A stretch of 64,000 bases of DNA, from positions 29,169,247-29,233,246 of the forward strand of contig NC_081385.1 in the NCBI RefSeq assembly GCF_030684315.1, read 5' to 3'. The notes under the pieces are model-generated. The model saw only the letters and a list, made by a program, of their open reading frames with translations, had not been told where the DNA came from and did no database searches. A program made the position numbers and the translations under genes. How positions within the stretch are numbered: the first letter of the stretch is position 1; each line of letters begins with the position of its first letter. Origin of the DNA: Stegostoma tigrinum (lineage: Eukaryota). Below, piece after piece: positions 61,301 through 64,000 of the stretch.

Positions 61301-62011
61301 CTTTTTGGATTTCTGGTCTTTTGGCCCTTTATTTGCTCCTCTGTTACTAAATCTCCAGGAAAATGTTGCTCTGTCAATGGGTTGCTGTTGTGCCTGTCAG
61401 AGACTGACCAATTAGTGACTCAGTCACTCATTGGCTATTGTTAAGTGGGAAACAAATTGCCCTCCTCAAAACCAACTGTTTTTAACAACATCAAAGTCCA
61501 TTTCAACAGTAACACCAGAAGACTATTTTTGGTCATTCAGCTTTACATCCAGAACATCTGATCCCTGGCTGAGCAGTAAATCACAGGGGAAACAGGCTAA
61601 TGACCGGCACTGAATTGTCGCCAAAAGACCCAACTCCTTCTTTACATACTTATAAGGAGAGATGGAAGATTATTAGAATGAGATTTTTTACTGGATTACT
61701 GCCAATAATACCCTCTTAATTTTAAGAAGAAATCTCAGTAGAAGGAACACTCCAGAGGCCCCATATTTCTGTTTTCCCTTCAACCTGGATTCAGGCTGAT
61801 ATGGCATGCCCAAAGTGAGCTACACCTATACAACTCAGTACTGGTCATGACTCTGTTGCAGCCCTTTCTCTTCTGAGTTTTGAGTTCCTACCCTTTGCTC
61901 CAGAGACTTGAGCACAAGCTTTAGGCTGGTGCTACTAACACAACACTAAGGGAGTGCAGCAATGTTGGAGGTGTCATCTTTCAGATCAGATGTTGAAAAT
62001 AGCATCTTCAA

Positions 62012-62270
62012 ATCACTACAGTGTGGAAGAAGCCATTCAGCCCATCCTGACCCTCCAAAGAGCATCCCATCTAGACCCACCCCTCTACTTATCCATGCAT
62101 TTCCCATGGCTAATCCACCTTACCTGCACATTTTTGGACTGTGTGAGGAAACCTACACAGACACACAGAGAATGTACAAATTCCACGCAGACCGTAATCT
62201 GAGGGTGGAATTGAACCCAGGGCTCTAGTACTGTGAGGCTGCAGTGCTAAGCACTGAGCTACTTTGTCAC
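62012..62270 (-). mobile_element. HE1-type V-SINE
   Basis: Reverse complement of the HE1 head, V-domain and tail. Confidence 0.85.
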
Positions 62271-62299
62271 CTAATAAACCTTAGTTACTTGTAAAATTA

Positions 62300-62512
62300 T
62301 AGGTAGTTCAACTATAACATGAGTTTCATTAACACAAATTGGCTGTAATGCGATTGATGAATAGTGGGCGCTGTTTGGATAACAAACTTTCTGCTGTACC
62401 GGCACTTTGATTTTCTACAGTGATTTCCCTATGATGCAATTTTCTGCAGCATAATTTTCTATAGTGCGAGGTCACACAAGAATGAAACTATCGCATTATA
62501 GGAGAACTACTG
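62300..62512. mobile_element. Tc1/mariner (Tigger/MER6-like) MITE
   Basis: Imperfect TIRs TAGGTAGTTCAACTATAA and TTATAGGAGAACTACTG, flanked by TA at 62298-62299 and 62513-62514. Confidence 0.65.
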
Positions 62513-63899
62513 TATACCATTTTGAAGACAAGATGGGGAGTTATTCCTGATCAACTCTAATCCCTCAACCAACTTCACTAATCAGATGATGTGGCCATTA
62601 TTACACGGCTCTGGGGAGGATCTTTCTCTGCACAAGCTTGCAGCCATTAATCCTACACCATTTGACAAGCATATGGACGTACATGGAATAGTGTAGGTTA
62701 GATGGGCTTCAGATTGGTATGACAGGTCGGCACAACATCGAGGGCCGAAGGGCCTGTACTGTGCTGTAATCTTCTATGTTCTATGTTCTATAACAGCAAC
62801 TCCACTTTGGAACACAAATTGTAACTGACAATCACATTAATGTGCTTCCAAAATGCTTTGCAGGACTACACTCAGACAAAAGCAGGTGGGGTGGAGAGGG
62901 TGGTGTGTTGGAGAGAATGGTGGGGGTTCACTGTGGAGCCCTTGGGCCATGATTATCAAACAAATGTTAAAAGCAAACTTTAACATTTGAAACAGAGGAG
63001 CAGATACTGGATTTTTCCAAAATGGGAGATGGTTTTTATCCCTCTCCCACCTTCTGGGTTGGTTTACTAATTCTAGTATTCTAACAGTATTCTGCGTGGA
63101 AATACATCCTGTGAACTGCAATAGTTCAAGGAGGCAGATCACCACCTACTCAAGGGCAATTAAGGATGGGAAATAAATGCTGGCCCAGCCAGCTCACATC
63201 CAGTGAATGAGTATTTTTTTTAAAAAGCTGAATGCATCATCGACATCTTCGATAATGCCCATCAGCATCACAGGCCCCCGATTCTCTGCAGTATGTAAAT
63301 CAGTCACAGATAGTCCTTGCTGCACCCACTCTGCGTGAAGAACTTCTGTTCAACCATTGCCCTCTTCCTTGCCCTTTTTGGTCTTCAGTGGACAAAGGGA
63401 AGTCAAGACCCCCAGCATTTTTGTGTGATGTTAAAAACTGGACTATATGGGCTGCTGTCAGCCCTTCACAAGGTTGGCCCTTAATATTCAAAACAATGAC
63501 AGAGAGAGAAAGGTTTTCATGTCCATCCAGGCCTGTCATAAACAATGTTAGTGCCTTATATATCACAACTTAAATTCTCCCCTGGGAAAGGGGAAAACCT
63601 AACTCAGGGCAATGTCCTCAACACAACCGTCTTCAGTTGCTTCATCAACAAATTCCCTCCATCATAAAGTCAAAGTTCATCAATGTCTGCGTCATGTTTA
63701 GTGTCAATTGGCGACTTCAGTGCATCTTGATAAAACACAGAAATATCCAGAAAAGTATCTAGCAACCTGTTTGACAGGCATAACCCTTCACCACCAACGT
63801 ACTTTGGCTCCAGACAAGATGCAATACTGTTGCCCACCAAGACGTCTTCAAAATTATCTTCCAAACACACACCCTTTACCACCTAGAATTACAAATGCA

Positions 63900-64000
63900 G
63901 CAGATGCATGGGAACACACCCACAGGAAATGCATGGGAACAGACCCACAGCAAATGCAATGAAACACACCCAGGCAGATGCATGGGAACATACCCACAGG
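63900..64000. repeat. 25-bp minisatellite (at least 4 units, runs off the window end)
   Basis: Units like GCAGATGCATGGGAACACACCCACA start at 63900, 63925, 63950 and 63974. Confidence 0.9.

Noticed and set aside
63900-64000. Repeat array as CRISPR
   Set aside because: The tandem units are contiguous with no unique spacers, in a vertebrate context.

Overview
This is vertebrate genomic DNA, almost certainly from a shark: HE1-type V-SINEs, Deu-domain SINEs and abundant CR1 LINEs point to a cartilaginous fish, probably a carpet shark (inference). The window is mostly intronic or intergenic sequence filled with decayed and nested transposable elements: CR1 LINEs, a second CR1/L2-group LINE, Rex1/Babar 3' ends, Penelope-like elements (PLEs), Gypsy and Harbinger relics, SINEs and a Tc1/mariner-type MITE. 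Nearly all ORFs in the supplied track are TE fragments or noise. The only host-gene signal I can support is a CpG/CCAAT/GC-box promoter at about 55980-56400 with a minus-strand first coding exon (55992-55932) encoding a signal-peptide-like MNAAQLTLWTSILSILAVLN|G. I could not place any downstream exon. The most unusual feature is a set of about ten PLE-derived inserts from four sequence families, most of them 0.1-0.6 kb. They carry intact or decayed minimal hammerhead ribozymes, most have 9-17 bp target-site duplications (TSDs), and most fold back on themselves at or next to the ribozyme, including a perfect 188-bp palindrome at 53748-53935. Two PLE inserts carry pieces of neighbouring host DNA copied into their inversion junction. 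All calls were made by eye; no database search or folding program was run.
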